This document shows positions 25,916 to 36,195 of a stretch of 64,000 nt of DNA, piece after piece. Made by a program: the position numbers and the translations under genes. Source of the DNA: Vulcanimicrobiaceae bacterium (GTDB lineage Bacteria; Vulcanimicrobiota; Vulcanimicrobiia; Vulcanimicrobiales; Vulcanimicrobiaceae). Within the stretch, counting starts at the first letter, position 1. Every line of letters begins with the position of its first letter. The stretch is taken from NCBI GenBank assembly GCA_035937855.1, contig DASZHL010000030.1:9278-73277 (forward strand). The letters run 5' to 3'. The notes beneath the pieces are model-generated. The model made no database searches. It was not told the origin of the DNA and saw only the letters and a program-made list of their open reading frames with translations.

Positions 25916-27574
25916 ATGAAAACCGCCAAGAAAACCGAAGCTGACACGAAAACTGAGGCGCCCAAAAAGAGTAAAGAGGACATCGCCAAAGAGCTTGAGG
26001 CGCGCGTCGAAAAAGGTGATATCGAGGCTATCTATGAGCTTGGGGAACTCTTGATGAGGGTGGGAAAACCAATTGATTACCCAAGGGCTTTCGAGCTTCA
26101 CAAGCGCGCCGCCGACGACCATGATCACGCGGGATCCCACCATGTATTAGGATCCTTTTTTTATCGGCAGGGTTACCAGAAGGATCTGTTTTCAAAGCAC
26201 ACTCCGAAAAGAGATCTTAAAGAGGCGGAGCGTCACCTCGTACGAGCCCTCGCATTACCTGAGCATAAAAACCATCCTCGCATAAAAATTAAAAAAGATC
26301 TTGACGCGCTTCAAGGGAAGCGCTCGCCTACAGAGACGAACGCATCTCCGAAAGCAAAACAGACCGGTGCACAAAATCCGGTAATTGTTGGAACGCCGAT
26401 ACCTGTGAAGGCCACAGCGGTAGACAAGGAGAGTGAGAACGCTTTAAAATTCCTCCGTGAGTCTTGGGAGAAGTACGCGAACGAAAACCATGAAATTGGG
26501 CTTGCACGATCTTCCTATTGGAACGCGTGTTCTCAATCTAAGGACCAGCCCGACGAACACAATGATATCCTGAAGAATCTTCAAGCCGCGGCAGATAAAG
26601 ACAAGGAACCCCTTGCGTTTCGCGACCTCGGCATCATTTTTCGATTCGGCTTTCTCGGCTTGGCAAAGAATGATTCACTCGCCGCGAGTTATTTTGAGAA
26701 AGGAACGGATAACGATACCATCTGCATGCTAAACTTCGCAAGATATTGTCATAGCGAGGTTGGAAGGATTGCCGGCATCACGCAGGATCCGGACCGTGCC
26801 TGGAATCTTGTCAAGAGCGCCGAAAGCCTCGGTCATAAACAAGCAAAGGTTGCTCGCGAGAGCCTTTTCACTCCGGAGGAGATTGCACGCCGGAATGCAA
26901 TTGATGTACGCGATACAATTGATATACGTGGTCCAATTGATCCAATGGATGCGACAATCCGAGCGCTTTCAGCCGACGTGCCTCAAGAGCAAGATACTGT
27001 ACAACCGAGTAACAATCTACCACCGTCGAACATTCCGGCAGTGAAGGTTTTCCCGGCAGCGAAAGTTCCCGAGGCGGTGAGCGAAGCGGTCCATGTCCAT
27101 CTTCATGGGCAAACACATAATGGGCAGACAAAACTGCATCCCGGAGATAAAGATGAGTTTGCTTCGATTTCCGTGCCGCGCACGTATTTCCATCAGTTGT
27201 TAGAAGCCGATCTTAAAGAGTTGCGAGACATTCAGAGCAAGGAAATGGTCCTCGAAAACGCCGCCAACGGCGAGGTGCTTCAGCGGTTAATTGACCTTTT
27301 TGAAGGGTCCATCACCATGGATCCCGACGCACAATTAGATTTAGCGAAAGTCTATATGGCCCCGCGTCGCCCGCAAGATCCGGCAAATTACTGCATACGG
27401 AATAGTTCGGAAATGGCGTTGCTGCTACTCTCCTCGGCCGAGAATCTCGGGAACAAGGAAGCTCGGCTAATGTTGCTAGGTCCGCCGGAGAAGTCACGGA
27501 AAAACCGCGATCTCGCCGAGAGCTTGCCGGTACCCGCCTTTAGTCCCGCCGTCAGAGTTCGAGTCGGCACCTAG
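25916..27574 (+). CDS. degenerate Sel1/TPR-like repeat protein, Lys/Glu-rich N-terminus
   Basis: ATG with a GGGAG RBS. AT-rich. IYELGELLMRVGKPIDYPRAFELHKRAADD and RDLGIIFRFGFLGLAKNDSLAASYFEKG are SLR-like units. No signal peptide seen. Confidence 0.6.
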   Translation: MKTAKKTEADTKTEAPKKSKEDIAKELEARVEKGDIEAIYELGELLMRVGKPIDYPRAFELHKRAADDHDHAGSHHVLGSFFYRQGYQKDLFSKHTPKRDLKEAERHLVRALALPEHKNHPRIKIKKDLDALQGKRSPTETNASPKAKQTGAQNPVIVGTPIPVKATAVDKESENALKFLRESWEKYANENHEIGLARSSYWNACSQSKDQPDEHNDILKNLQAAADKDKEPLAFRDLGIIFRFGFLGLAKNDSLAASYFEKGTDNDTICMLNFARYCHSEVGRIAGITQDPDRAWNLVKSAESLGHKQAKVARESLFTPEEIARRNAIDVRDTIDIRGPIDPMDATIRALSADVPQEQDTVQPSNNLPPSNIPAVKVFPAAKVPEAVSEAVHVHLHGQTHNGQTKLHPGDKDEFASISVPRTYFHQLLEADLKELRDIQSKEMVLENAANGEVLQRLIDLFEGSITMDPDAQLDLAKVYMAPRRPQDPANYCIRNSSEMALLLLSSAENLGNKEARLMLLGPPEKSRKNRDLAESLPVPAFSPAVRVRVGT

Positions 27575-27704
27575 AGCGGTTTGCTTCGTGACGGAGGCCC
27601 TAAGCCCGACGCACGTCAGGCCAACATCACGATGCAAATAACTCTCAAATTGTGTCAGCGCAGTATCCGGGATCAACGGGGTACAAGAAGCAAAAGTCCG
27701 GACC

Positions 27705-29462
27705 TTATTTCGTTATCTTGAATCGTATTGGAATGGCAGCATCTTCTTGGTGCGTTAACGGTTCTTCGGAAACGGAAGCATCTCTCTGTTGCGCAGACAG
27801 TTCTTGGAAATATCTCGATATCTCGCTCACGTAACTCACCGAATCTTCATGGATTTTACGGAATTGTTCATGTGCGTATTGGTCTCCACCTTCGGCGGCG
27901 AGACGTAATAAGTATACGGCGACAGGCGTGTTATTTCTCACGCTACCCTCATCAGGAAAGTAGTGATCCGCAAGTGCGACCTGCGCTACGTTATCGCCTC
28001 TGAAGGCATTTTCATAAAGTTCAATCAGTTCGATATTTGGGTTTGTCGCGGATTGGAGTTTGTTGTAGTCATGCCAAAGAACTGCTGCGGTAATTTCGTC
28101 GCTAGCCTCACTGTATGTATGGAATTGAGGCGCTTGCTCGACCGGCGTTTCGACCTTATCGAATCGAACATCGACCTCTTCCGAAGAAAAATCTGCTTCG
28201 TGCTTGAACGAAGCTTGAATTCCTTCTTCGTCGAAAGCGGTTTGGGGTACCACATTGATAAGGGGTATCTGTGTGTCCTGAGGCTTCGCGGGAACTGAGA
28301 AATCCGCCGGCGGTGGTGGAGTGACGTTGATTATCGCCCGATTACCGTTGCGAGATGCATCCTCCTGAATATCCGGCGGCGCGGACGTAAGTGCAATAAT
28401 CTTCGCTTTTTGTGAGAAGCCCCGCTTTTCGGCGAGATCAAACAAGCGCCGAGCCTCCGCGAGATCCCGCGAAGCGCCTCCTTTCTCCAACTTTGTGAAG
28501 CGGGCGAGATTGTAGGTCGCGGCACCATTATGTTCCTCGGTGCCCTGCTTATAGTACTCGAACGCCTCGGAGGTATGACCATCGAGTTCGGCTATATAGC
28601 CAAGATTGTTGAGCGCTCGGCCGGTATACCAATCGTCTCCTGGTGCGTTTCTATCGTCTTTAACTATGTCAAGAAAAAGATGCTTGGCTTTACCGACGTC
28701 TTTTGATATGTGCGAGTACTGAGCGTCGGAAAACGTTTGCCTGCGATTAATTTTCGAAAGTGGAAGCAAGATCTGTACGCCATGGATTTCGGTGTGAATG
28801 TCTGCCGGCGCAAGCAGTTTATCGATAGCGTACTTCACGCTTTTTTGGCCGAAGCCGAAGCGTTCTTTCAAATGGAGTTCATTGTAACTATCGCACGCGA
28901 GTTTGTGCAGGATCGAATTCGTATGAGCAGTTTTTACAATGATGTCGTAGTAGCTTTCCGCCAGCTTCAGTTGAAATTGTCTCGCGGGCTTTTGATTTTC
29001 GGATTGATCGGATGCTCCTAGAATAAGGCTTGTGTAGTAGTATTTCCCGATAAGACATTCTTGCTTCGCGGAATTCGCAAGGTATTCGGACCCATCGTCT
29101 TGATGCCGGAGAACTCCGTAGACATACTGTGCGACGGGATGCATGTTGTCCGCCGCCGCCTTGAGCATTTCATTCGCGTAAATTGGGTTTTCCGGCAACA
29201 TGCGTCTAAAGAGCGCGAATTGCGCTTTTGGATCTCCTTCAGTTGCTGCAGCGCGAAGATGATCGATATTGTCCCAGGAATTCGGATCATAGTCGGGCGT
29301 TTCAATCGCACCTCCCATCGTACCTCTAGCATGGCCGTGCTCAAGGAGGAGAGGTGTCACAAGTGTTTCTAACTTCGCTAATCTGGTTTTAGCGGTTGTC
29401 AGGTTACGTGATAAATCCTCCTTACTTTGCTCGAATGGATTCGGAGTGGTGGAGCCTGACAT
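27705..29462 (-). CDS. degenerate Sel1/TPR-like repeat protein
   Basis: CAGGAG RBS. GDPKAQFALFRRML...MLKAAADNMHPVAQYVYG and NNLGYIAELDGHTSEAFEYYKQG. Its architecture resembles the convergent 25916..27574 gene. Confidence 0.6.
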   Translation of the reverse strand: MSGSTTPNPFEQSKEDLSRNLTTAKTRLAKLETLVTPLLLEHGHARGTMGGAIETPDYDPNSWDNIDHLRAAATEGDPKAQFALFRRMLPENPIYANEMLKAAADNMHPVAQYVYGVLRHQDDGSEYLANSAKQECLIGKYYYTSLILGASDQSENQKPARQFQLKLAESYYDIIVKTAHTNSILHKLACDSYNELHLKERFGFGQKSVKYAIDKLLAPADIHTEIHGVQILLPLSKINRRQTFSDAQYSHISKDVGKAKHLFLDIVKDDRNAPGDDWYTGRALNNLGYIAELDGHTSEAFEYYKQGTEEHNGAATYNLARFTKLEKGGASRDLAEARRLFDLAEKRGFSQKAKIIALTSAPPDIQEDASRNGNRAIINVTPPPPADFSVPAKPQDTQIPLINVVPQTAFDEEGIQASFKHEADFSSEEVDVRFDKVETPVEQAPQFHTYSEASDEITAAVLWHDYNKLQSATNPNIELIELYENAFRGDNVAQVALADHYFPDEGSVRNNTPVAVYLLRLAAEGGDQYAHEQFRKIHEDSVSYVSEISRYFQELSAQQRDASVSEEPLTHQEDAAIPIRFKITK

Positions 29463-29667
29463 GTGATTCTTTTCTCCTGAAAACTGCTACAACAAGAATG
29501 TTTCGCCGATTTCGCGATTGAGTGGGGCTTCATCCGTTGCGTGAGTTCCCGCGTAAAACCCTCTTCAGGCAGCATGGGACTTTCGGGCAATTGTCGTTTT
29601 TGTCTGAGTGGCACGCTTATTTTTTTCGAAATATCGCCTTGACTCGACGAAAGTCGACGTGATCGAC

Positions 29668-32600
29668 TCATCCGGTGAGGCGACGAAGGACCGAGTCAAG
29701 GCGTTCCCGAGCGCCGGGATGATCTTGTCGAGCGGCGAGTCGATACCATTGAGCCGCTTGTTCGAGGTCTTGCGTGACGCCGAGGCCGTTTTCGTACATC
29801 CGGCCGAGATGATCCTGTGCATGGGCGTCACCTTGTTCGGCGGCTTTGCGGTACCACCGCATCGCCTGTTCGTCGTTCCGCTCGGTGCCCTCTTTGGCAT
29901 AGAGGTCGGCGAGATGTCGCTGAGCTTGGACATGACCTTGATTGGCGGCTTGGTGCAGCCAATGCAATGCTTGTTGCTCGTCTCGCTCGACGCCGATTCC
30001 GTCTTTGAACGAGAGACCGATCTTGAACGGACTCTCGGCATCTTCGTCACCGCGGTCGTCGGTCAATTCAATATCGCCCTCACTGGTGAGGGAGGAGAAG
30101 ATGAGGGCAAATCGTGCGTCGGTCGACAGTGGATTGGCCTGCGCAACATCAGGGGATTCGCTCGGAATGCCCTGATGTTCGCGGAGGAGACCCTGCGCAT
30201 ACATCTCGCCGATGCTGAATTTCGCTTGCCGGTGGCCTTGATCAGCGGCTTTGCGGAACCAATAGACGGCTTCACTATAGTTTTGCGATGTGCCGAGGCC
30301 CGCCCTTCGGAGATTTCCGATCTCGAATTGAGCATCGGCATGACCTTGATCGGCGGCTTTACGCAGCCAATGCATGGCTTGCTCGTAATCGTGCGGAACG
30401 CCGGATCCTTCGAGGGAGAACATACCCAAACGATATTGCGCATTCGCAAAATCTTGTTCGGCAGCTTTCCTCAACCATTGAATTGCTTGCGCGAAATCTT
30501 GACCGACGGCATTGCTTGAAGCGGAAAGAATGCCCAGATCACATTGCGCTTGCGCATGGCCTTGTTCAGCGGCCTTGTGATACCACCAGAGTGCGTATTC
30601 GATATTTTGCTTCGTGCCGTATCCCTTTTCGTAGAGGAGGCCGACGCGATGCTGGGCGTCCGCATACCCTTGTTCGGCGGCCCGGCGATACCAGCGCATA
30701 GCCTGAGTGTAATCTTGCGTTACTCCCCACCCGTTCTCATATAAGTGTCCGACGTGGAATTTCGCGGGAGAATGTCCTCGCTCGGCGGCTTGGAGATACG
30801 AATACATGGCTTGTGCAAAATCGCGCGGAACGCCCTTCCCGCTTTCGTAAAGATTTCCGATATTGGTGAGAGCGTACAAACTCCCTCGTTCGGCGGCTCT
30901 GCGGTACCAGGTCATCGCTTGAAGATAATCTTGCTTGAGGGCATATCCGTTCTCGTAGAAACGCCCAATGTTATTGAGGGCTGCACTCTCTCCTTGATCG
31001 GCAGCCATGCGATACCAACTGAGGGCCTCGGCATAGTCTTGCGGGACGCCTGATCCCTGTGCGTAGAGAAAGCCGACGTTGAATTGCGCGGGCGCATATC
31101 CTTGATCGGCCGCCTTGCGGTACCAGAGCATCGCATGCGTTGGGTCTTTGGGTACGCCGCTGCCGTCTTCGCAGAAGAGACCGATGCGGGTTTGGGCTCG
31201 AACGTGTCCTTGTTCGGCAGCATTGCGATACCATTTCAAGGCTTGAGCATAATCTTGAAGAACGCCCTTTCCGTCTTCGTAAAGCATGCCCAAGTTGAAT
31301 TGCGCGGCCTGATAGCCGTGATCGGCCGCATTTTTGTACCATTGCATCGCCTGGATATAATCTTGGAAGACGCCCTTGCCGTCTTCGTACATGACGCCGA
31401 GATTGTTTTGCGCGCCGAGATGGCCTTGCCTGGCGGCTCGGAGGTACCAGGTTATCGCTTGTCCGTAATCTTGCTTTACGCCGCGTCCCATTTCATAAAA
31501 ACGGCCGACCGCGAATTGTGCATCGAGATCACCAAAATTTGCGGCTTTGCGATACCAGTACATGGCCGCAACATCATCGCGCGCTACTCCACGCCCATGT
31601 TCGTGGAGCCCCGCGATGTTGAATTGCGCAAACGGACTTCCTTGCTCGGCGGCTTTCCCGTACCAATAGAGCGCCTGCGCATAATCTTGCGTGACACCCA
31701 AACCTCCGGCGTACAGATAGCCGACGTTTGTTTGTGCGTGCATTTCTCCTTGATCGGCCGCCTTGCGATACCAAAACAGCGCTTGGGCATAATCCCGCGT
31801 GACGCCGCGTCCCATGCGATAGAGCGTTCCAATCTCGCTTTGCGCAAAGGCGTGACCTTGATCGGCCGCCTTTCGGAACCATGACATCGCGTGCACGTAA
31901 TTTTGCGGCACGCCGAGCCCCTGTCGGTGAAATATCGCAATTTCGTATTGCGCCTCCGCGTAGCCTTTATGCGCGGCTTTGCGAATCCATGCCATCGCCT
32001 GCGCGTAATCTTGGCGAATGCCGTAGCCTTTCTTATAAAGGCAGCCGAGTTTGGTCTGAGCTTCGGCGTAGCCTCGATCAGCCGCTTTCAGGTACCAGGA
32101 AAGCGCTTGTACATAGTCTTGGGGAACGCCCATTCCCTCCTCGAAAAGAGTTCCGATCTCCGTTTGGGCCTGCAGATTTCCGCGATCTGCGGCTTTGGAG
32201 AACCACAGCATCGCCGTGTCCCAATCTCCTCTCATCATTAAGAGCATACCGAGGGAGTTTTGCGCGTCGGAGTCGTCTTGATCCGCAGCTTTGAGATACC
32301 AGAATTCCGCCGCTTCCTTATCGCACTCGTTTCCGAGACCTCGTTCGTAGAGGTCTGCGACGTTGCGTTGAGCTACAGCATCTCCTTGATCTGCGGCTTT
32401 GCGAAACCATTCCATCGCCTGGGCATAATCAGTCGGGACCCCGAGACCCTCCCGATATGCGAGTCCCATAGCAATTTGCGCGTCGGTCGAATCTTGATCC
32501 GCAGCTTTCCGATACCATGCAATGCCTTGTTGAAGGTCTTGCGCCGGCCCCAGTCCCCGCATACAGAGTTCGCCCATTTTCAATTGAGCGTGTACGTCGC

Positions 32601-33132
32601 CTTGCTCGGCGGCTTTGAGAAACCATGCGAGGGCCAGCGTGAGATCTCGCTCTACGCCGCGTCCATGGTACAAAGCGTCGCCGATTTCATATTGCGCATT
32701 TGGATGACCTTGATCGGCGGCTTTTTGATACCATCGCCTCGCGTGAATTGCATCGTTGGGCGTGCCGAACCCCGCGTCATAGCACTGCGCCAGAGCGAAT
32801 TGCGCTTGAACATTGCCTTGGTAAGCGGCCTTCTGAAACCAGGAGAGCGCTTCGGCGGAATCTTGAGGACCGTAGGGAACGCTCAAGCCGTTTTTGTAAA
32901 ACTGAGCGATTTTGTATTGGGCGTCCGCGAAGCCGTATTCTGCGGCCTTGCGATACCAGAACGCTGCTTGGAGGTAATCGCGTTCGCCGTCGCTGCCTTC
33001 TTCATACTGCGCCCCGAGAACGTATTGCGCGACGGCATCGCCTCGCTGCGCCGCAGTTTGCAGCCGCCTCGCAGCAATCAAGCGGCGAAGGCGTGTGAGA
33101 ATCGTGAAGAGGATAGACTTCCGGTTACGCAT
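29668..33132 (-). CDS. giant Sel1-like repeat (SLR) protein, ~30 repeats
   Basis: 1154 aa. I counted 27 consecutive units plus 3 terminal units of the form A..W[YF]rKAAeQG...AQ..lG..Ye.G.GV.qDy. Confidence 0.85.
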   Translation of the reverse strand: MRNRKSILFTILTRLRRLIAARRLQTAAQRGDAVAQYVLGAQYEEGSDGERDYLQAAFWYRKAAEYGFADAQYKIAQFYKNGLSVPYGPQDSAEALSWFQKAAYQGNVQAQFALAQCYDAGFGTPNDAIHARRWYQKAADQGHPNAQYEIGDALYHGRGVERDLTLALAWFLKAAEQGDVHAQLKMGELCMRGLGPAQDLQQGIAWYRKAADQDSTDAQIAMGLAYREGLGVPTDYAQAMEWFRKAADQGDAVAQRNVADLYERGLGNECDKEAAEFWYLKAADQDDSDAQNSLGMLLMMRGDWDTAMLWFSKAADRGNLQAQTEIGTLFEEGMGVPQDYVQALSWYLKAADRGYAEAQTKLGCLYKKGYGIRQDYAQAMAWIRKAAHKGYAEAQYEIAIFHRQGLGVPQNYVHAMSWFRKAADQGHAFAQSEIGTLYRMGRGVTRDYAQALFWYRKAADQGEMHAQTNVGYLYAGGLGVTQDYAQALYWYGKAAEQGSPFAQFNIAGLHEHGRGVARDDVAAMYWYRKAANFGDLDAQFAVGRFYEMGRGVKQDYGQAITWYLRAARQGHLGAQNNLGVMYEDGKGVFQDYIQAMQWYKNAADHGYQAAQFNLGMLYEDGKGVLQDYAQALKWYRNAAEQGHVRAQTRIGLFCEDGSGVPKDPTHAMLWYRKAADQGYAPAQFNVGFLYAQGSGVPQDYAEALSWYRMAADQGESAALNNIGRFYENGYALKQDYLQAMTWYRRAAERGSLYALTNIGNLYESGKGVPRDFAQAMYSYLQAAERGHSPAKFHVGHLYENGWGVTQDYTQAMRWYRRAAEQGYADAQHRVGLLYEKGYGTKQNIEYALWWYHKAAEQGHAQAQCDLGILSASSNAVGQDFAQAIQWLRKAAEQDFANAQYRLGMFSLEGSGVPHDYEQAMHWLRKAADQGHADAQFEIGNLRRAGLGTSQNYSEAVYWFRKAADQGHRQAKFSIGEMYAQGLLREHQGIPSESPDVAQANPLSTDARFALIFSSLTSEGDIELTDDRGDEDAESPFKIGLSFKDGIGVERDEQQALHWLHQAANQGHVQAQRHLADLYAKEGTERNDEQAMRWYRKAAEQGDAHAQDHLGRMYENGLGVTQDLEQAAQWYRLAARQDHPGARERLDSVLRRLTG
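30178..33054 (-). repeat. tandem ~108-bp coding repeat array (27 SLR units); 3 more units at ~29713-30027
   Basis: Periodicity is seen in the translation (aa 27-985). The array generates long spurious antisense ORFs (29608..30519, 31084..31884, 32260..). Confidence 0.85.
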
Positions 33133-33273
33133 GGATGCTTCCTGAAAGGCGAACTTTCGATGCGGTTCTCGATGGGGGGCGCTCGGTACCGCATTCTTCG
33201 CAGCGGAGGAGCCTGCATACTGCCGGAAGATATCGCAAGGGCTAGGGGGCGTCGGACGCCAAGCAATGATCGA

Positions 33274-33735
33274 ATGAGGCCGAGTTGGGACGAGTACTTT
33301 CTCGATGTCGCACGAACGGTCGCGACACGAGGGACCTGTCCCCGCGCAAGCGTCGGATCCGTGTTCGCGCGCAATGAACGAATCCTATCAACGGGGTACA
33401 ACGGCGCACCACCGAATGCAGCTCACTGCGTCGATGTCGGTTGCGTGATGGTCAATGGCCATTGCGTGCGAACAACGCATGCCGAGGCGAATGCGATCGC
33501 GCAAGCGGCCCGCCATGGAGTGAGCCTGGCGGGCTCGACGGCGTATGCGACCTATCAGCCGTGCTTGAGTTGTACCAAATTGCTCATCAGCGCGGGAGTC
33601 GCGCGCATCGTCTACGGCCACGCCTATCCCGATGAACTCGCCGCGAAGTTGTTGACCGAGGTCGGGATCCCCGTCCTTTACCTCACAAGCTTCGATGCCC
33701 TGCCTCCCGGATCCGAAGCGAAATCATCTCTGTGA
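33274..33735 (+). CDS. dCMP deaminase (ComEB/CDA zinc-dependent family)
   Basis: MRPSWDEYFLDVA...HAEANAI...PCLSCTKLL (HAE and PC..C zinc motifs). Start at ATG 33274 within the long track ORF. Confidence 0.85.
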   Translation: MRPSWDEYFLDVARTVATRGTCPRASVGSVFARNERILSTGYNGAPPNAAHCVDVGCVMVNGHCVRTTHAEANAIAQAARHGVSLAGSTAYATYQPCLSCTKLLISAGVARIVYGHAYPDELAAKLLTEVGIPVLYLTSFDALPPGSEAKSSL

Positions 33736-34775
33736 ATCATCCCGCTGTTGCGATGTATCTCATGGCGTTCGCGGTCGCGGCCGCCGTCTCGCTCTATGCG
33801 ACGCCATTGGTTCGAAAGTTTGCCCTCAAGGTCCGGATGCTCGACGCCGTTGATGAGCGGCGCATGAACGCGGATCCAAAGCCGCGGGTCGGAGGACTCG
33901 CCGTCTTCCTTGGTTTCTCGCTCGCGCTCTTCGTGACGCTTGGCTTTGGTCTGGCGATGCCGACCGTTGTCCGTGACGCGCACGATCCCGAGCATATCGC
34001 CGTGCTGCGCCGGGTCTTAGGGCTGTTCTTCGGGGGAACGTTGATTTTGCTCGTCGGCGTTTGGGATGACGTCATGGGTATGCGTCCCAGCAGTAAGCTG
34101 TTCGCGCAGATCGCCGTCGCGCTGGTTTCGATGGCCTACGGTTATCGAATCGACGGAATCGAACTTCCCCATACCGGCACGTGGCTAGACTTCCCCCCCT
34201 TCCTTGAGATTCCGATCACGCTGCTCTGGTACGTCGGAATGATGAATGCCATCAACTTTCTCGACGGCTTAGACGGCTTGCTCGCCGGAACGACCGTGAT
34301 CTCCGGATTCTTCCTCTTTGTCATTGCCGTCGGGCATGGGCATATTCTCGCGGCGATCTTGCTCGCGGCGCTCGTCGGCGGCGTCGCCGGATTTCTTCCT
34401 TACAACTTCAATCCGTCGAAGATCATCCTCGGCGACACGGGCTCCTTGTTCATCGGCTATCTGTTAGCGACGATCTCGATTCTCATCACCGCCAAAGGTG
34501 CCGTCCTCGTGAGTTTGGCCGTACCACTGGTGACCTTGGCCTTGCCCGTGCTCGATACGGCGATGGCGATCGTGCGTCGCACGCTCGCCGGACAGAGGAT
34601 CACCCAAGCCGATCGCGGACATATCCACCATCTGCTCGTTTTCCGCTTCGGACTCAGCGTGCGTCAGGCGGTCCTCCTGATTTATGCCGTCTCCTTTGTG
34701 CTCGGTGCAGTCGCCTATGTTCTTTCCGGCGGTCGTCTGGGTACCCTCATCCCTTTAGGAATCTTCGTTTTGTGA
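33732..34775 (+). CDS. UDP-GlcNAc:undecaprenyl-phosphate GlcNAc-1-phosphate transferase (WecA/TagO, MraY family)
   Basis: Polytopic membrane protein with NAINFLDGLDGL and ILGDTGSLFIGY motifs. Confidence 0.85.
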   Translation: MNHPAVAMYLMAFAVAAAVSLYATPLVRKFALKVRMLDAVDERRMNADPKPRVGGLAVFLGFSLALFVTLGFGLAMPTVVRDAHDPEHIAVLRRVLGLFFGGTLILLVGVWDDVMGMRPSSKLFAQIAVALVSMAYGYRIDGIELPHTGTWLDFPPFLEIPITLLWYVGMMNAINFLDGLDGLLAGTTVISGFFLFVIAVGHGHILAAILLAALVGGVAGFLPYNFNPSKIILGDTGSLFIGYLLATISILITAKGAVLVSLAVPLVTLALPVLDTAMAIVRRTLAGQRITQADRGHIHHLLVFRFGLSVRQAVLLIYAVSFVLGAVAYVLSGGRLGTLIPLGIFVL

Positions 34776-35923
34776 AACCCTTGCGAATTATGAGCGTCTT
34801 CGGGACGCGTCCGGATACGACCAAGATGGCGCCGGTTGTCGAGGCGCTCAGGGCGGCCGGACCCGCAATCGAGTCACTGGTCTGCGTCACGGCTCAGCAT
34901 CGAGGAATGCTCGACGATTTGTTGGCGCTCTTTGCGATTCGTCCGGACTTCGACCTCGATGTAATGACGCCCAATCAAACGCTCACGCAGATCACGACGC
35001 GGGTCCTTCAAGGAATGGAGCCCGTGCTTGCTGAGGCTCGTCCTGAGGTTATTCTCGTCCACGGTGACACCTCGACGAGCACGGCGGCGGCGCTTGCGGC
35101 CTTTTACGCAAGAATTCCCGTTGGTCACGTCGAGGCGGGCTTACGCACGAGCACGATCTGGGAGCCGTATCCCGAAGAACTCAACCGTCGCTTGACGGGC
35201 GTGATAGCCGCGTATCATTTCGCGCCGACCGCCTGGGCGCGCACGAATCTCATCGCGGAGAACATCGCCTCTGAGCAGATCTTCGTCACGGGGAACACGG
35301 CCGTCGATGCCTTCACGATGATCGCGCGGAGGCCGCTTGAGCGGGATCCCGTCGAATGGAATCGACTCGATTCGCGGCGTCCGCTTATTCTCGTGACCGC
35401 TCATCGTCGAGAGAATCATGAACGTATGCCTGAGATTTGCGCGGCCTTGGCCGAGATCGCCGCATTGCCGCAGCGACCGCAGATCCTCTGGCCGGTGCAT
35501 CCGTCTCCGAAGGTTCGGCCGATTGCTCACGAGATGCTCGGCGGTGTCGAGGGAGTCATCCTCGTGGAGCCGATGACCTATCACGTCCTGGCACGCGCGA
35601 TCTCTCTCTGTCATCTGGTGCTGACCGACAGCGGCGGCATTCAAGAAGAAGCACCATCCCTCGGTAAGCCGGTTCTCGTCATGCGCGACGAAACCGAGCG
35701 TCCCGAAGGCGTTCGGGCGGGAATCTCTCGGCTGATCGGTGCGAAACGAGAGGCGATTGTCGAGGCGGTGACGACCTTGTTGACGGACAAGGCTGCATAC
35801 GAGCGGATGTCGCGCGCGCACAATCCGTTTGGAGACGGACAAGCCGCAGGCCGCATCGTCGCCTGGCTCCTCGCCGAACTTCGAGGTCAAGTCTACCCCG
35901 AGGAATTCTCCGCGATCCCTTGA
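34772..35923 (+). CDS. wecB: UDP-N-acetylglucosamine 2-epimerase (non-hydrolysing)
   Basis: FGTRPD..KMAPV, VHGDTSTS, EAGLRT and DSGGIQEEAPSLGKPVLV. Confidence 0.9.
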   Translation: MKPLRIMSVFGTRPDTTKMAPVVEALRAAGPAIESLVCVTAQHRGMLDDLLALFAIRPDFDLDVMTPNQTLTQITTRVLQGMEPVLAEARPEVILVHGDTSTSTAAALAAFYARIPVGHVEAGLRTSTIWEPYPEELNRRLTGVIAAYHFAPTAWARTNLIAENIASEQIFVTGNTAVDAFTMIARRPLERDPVEWNRLDSRRPLILVTAHRRENHERMPEICAALAEIAALPQRPQILWPVHPSPKVRPIAHEMLGGVEGVILVEPMTYHVLARAISLCHLVLTDSGGIQEEAPSLGKPVLVMRDETERPEGVRAGISRLIGAKREAIVEAVTTLLTDKAAYERMSRAHNPFGDGQAAGRIVAWLLAELRGQVYPEEFSAIP

Positions 35924-35941
35924 GGGCCGCTCAAATCAAGG

Positions 35942-36163
35942 ATGCGGCCTCATCGAATCGGAACCTGCGGCAACGGGATGCGGCTGATCGATGCCATGGG
36001 TCTTGGAGCGATGTTCGCCGGCAGTGTGCTCGTCGGCTTGTTCCTCGGCGCACTCGTGGCGTCACGCACGGGATCCTCGCTTTGGGTGGTCGGAGGTCTC
36101 TTCGCCGGCTTCGTCATCGGAGGCGCCGCGGCGTTCACGCGAATCATCCGCTTCTTGAAGTAG
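35942..36163 (+). CDS. AtpZ/AtpI-family small membrane protein
   Basis: Two TM helices (GLGAMFAGSVLVGLFLGAL, VVGGLFAGFVIGGAAAF) directly upstream of the atp operon. The start may be the internal Met at 35978. Confidence 0.55.
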   Translation: MRPHRIGTCGNGMRLIDAMGLGAMFAGSVLVGLFLGALVASRTGSSLWVVGGLFAGFVIGGAAAFTRIIRFLK

Positions 36164-36195
36164 CGCTGTATGAAAAATATTTGCAAGATTCACTC

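Noticed and set aside
29713-33054. Regular repeats considered as a possible CRISPR array
   Set aside because: The period is ~108 bp with diverged units lying inside one continuous 1154-codon ORF. There is no short conserved repeat/spacer alternation and no cas genes.
29608-33273. Plus-strand ORFs 29608..30519, 31084..31884 and the first ~338 codons of 32260..33735
   Set aside because: They are antisense to the periodic Sel1-repeat gene and inherit its periodicity. Only the last 153 codons of 32260..33735 (dCMP deaminase from ATG 33274) are credible.
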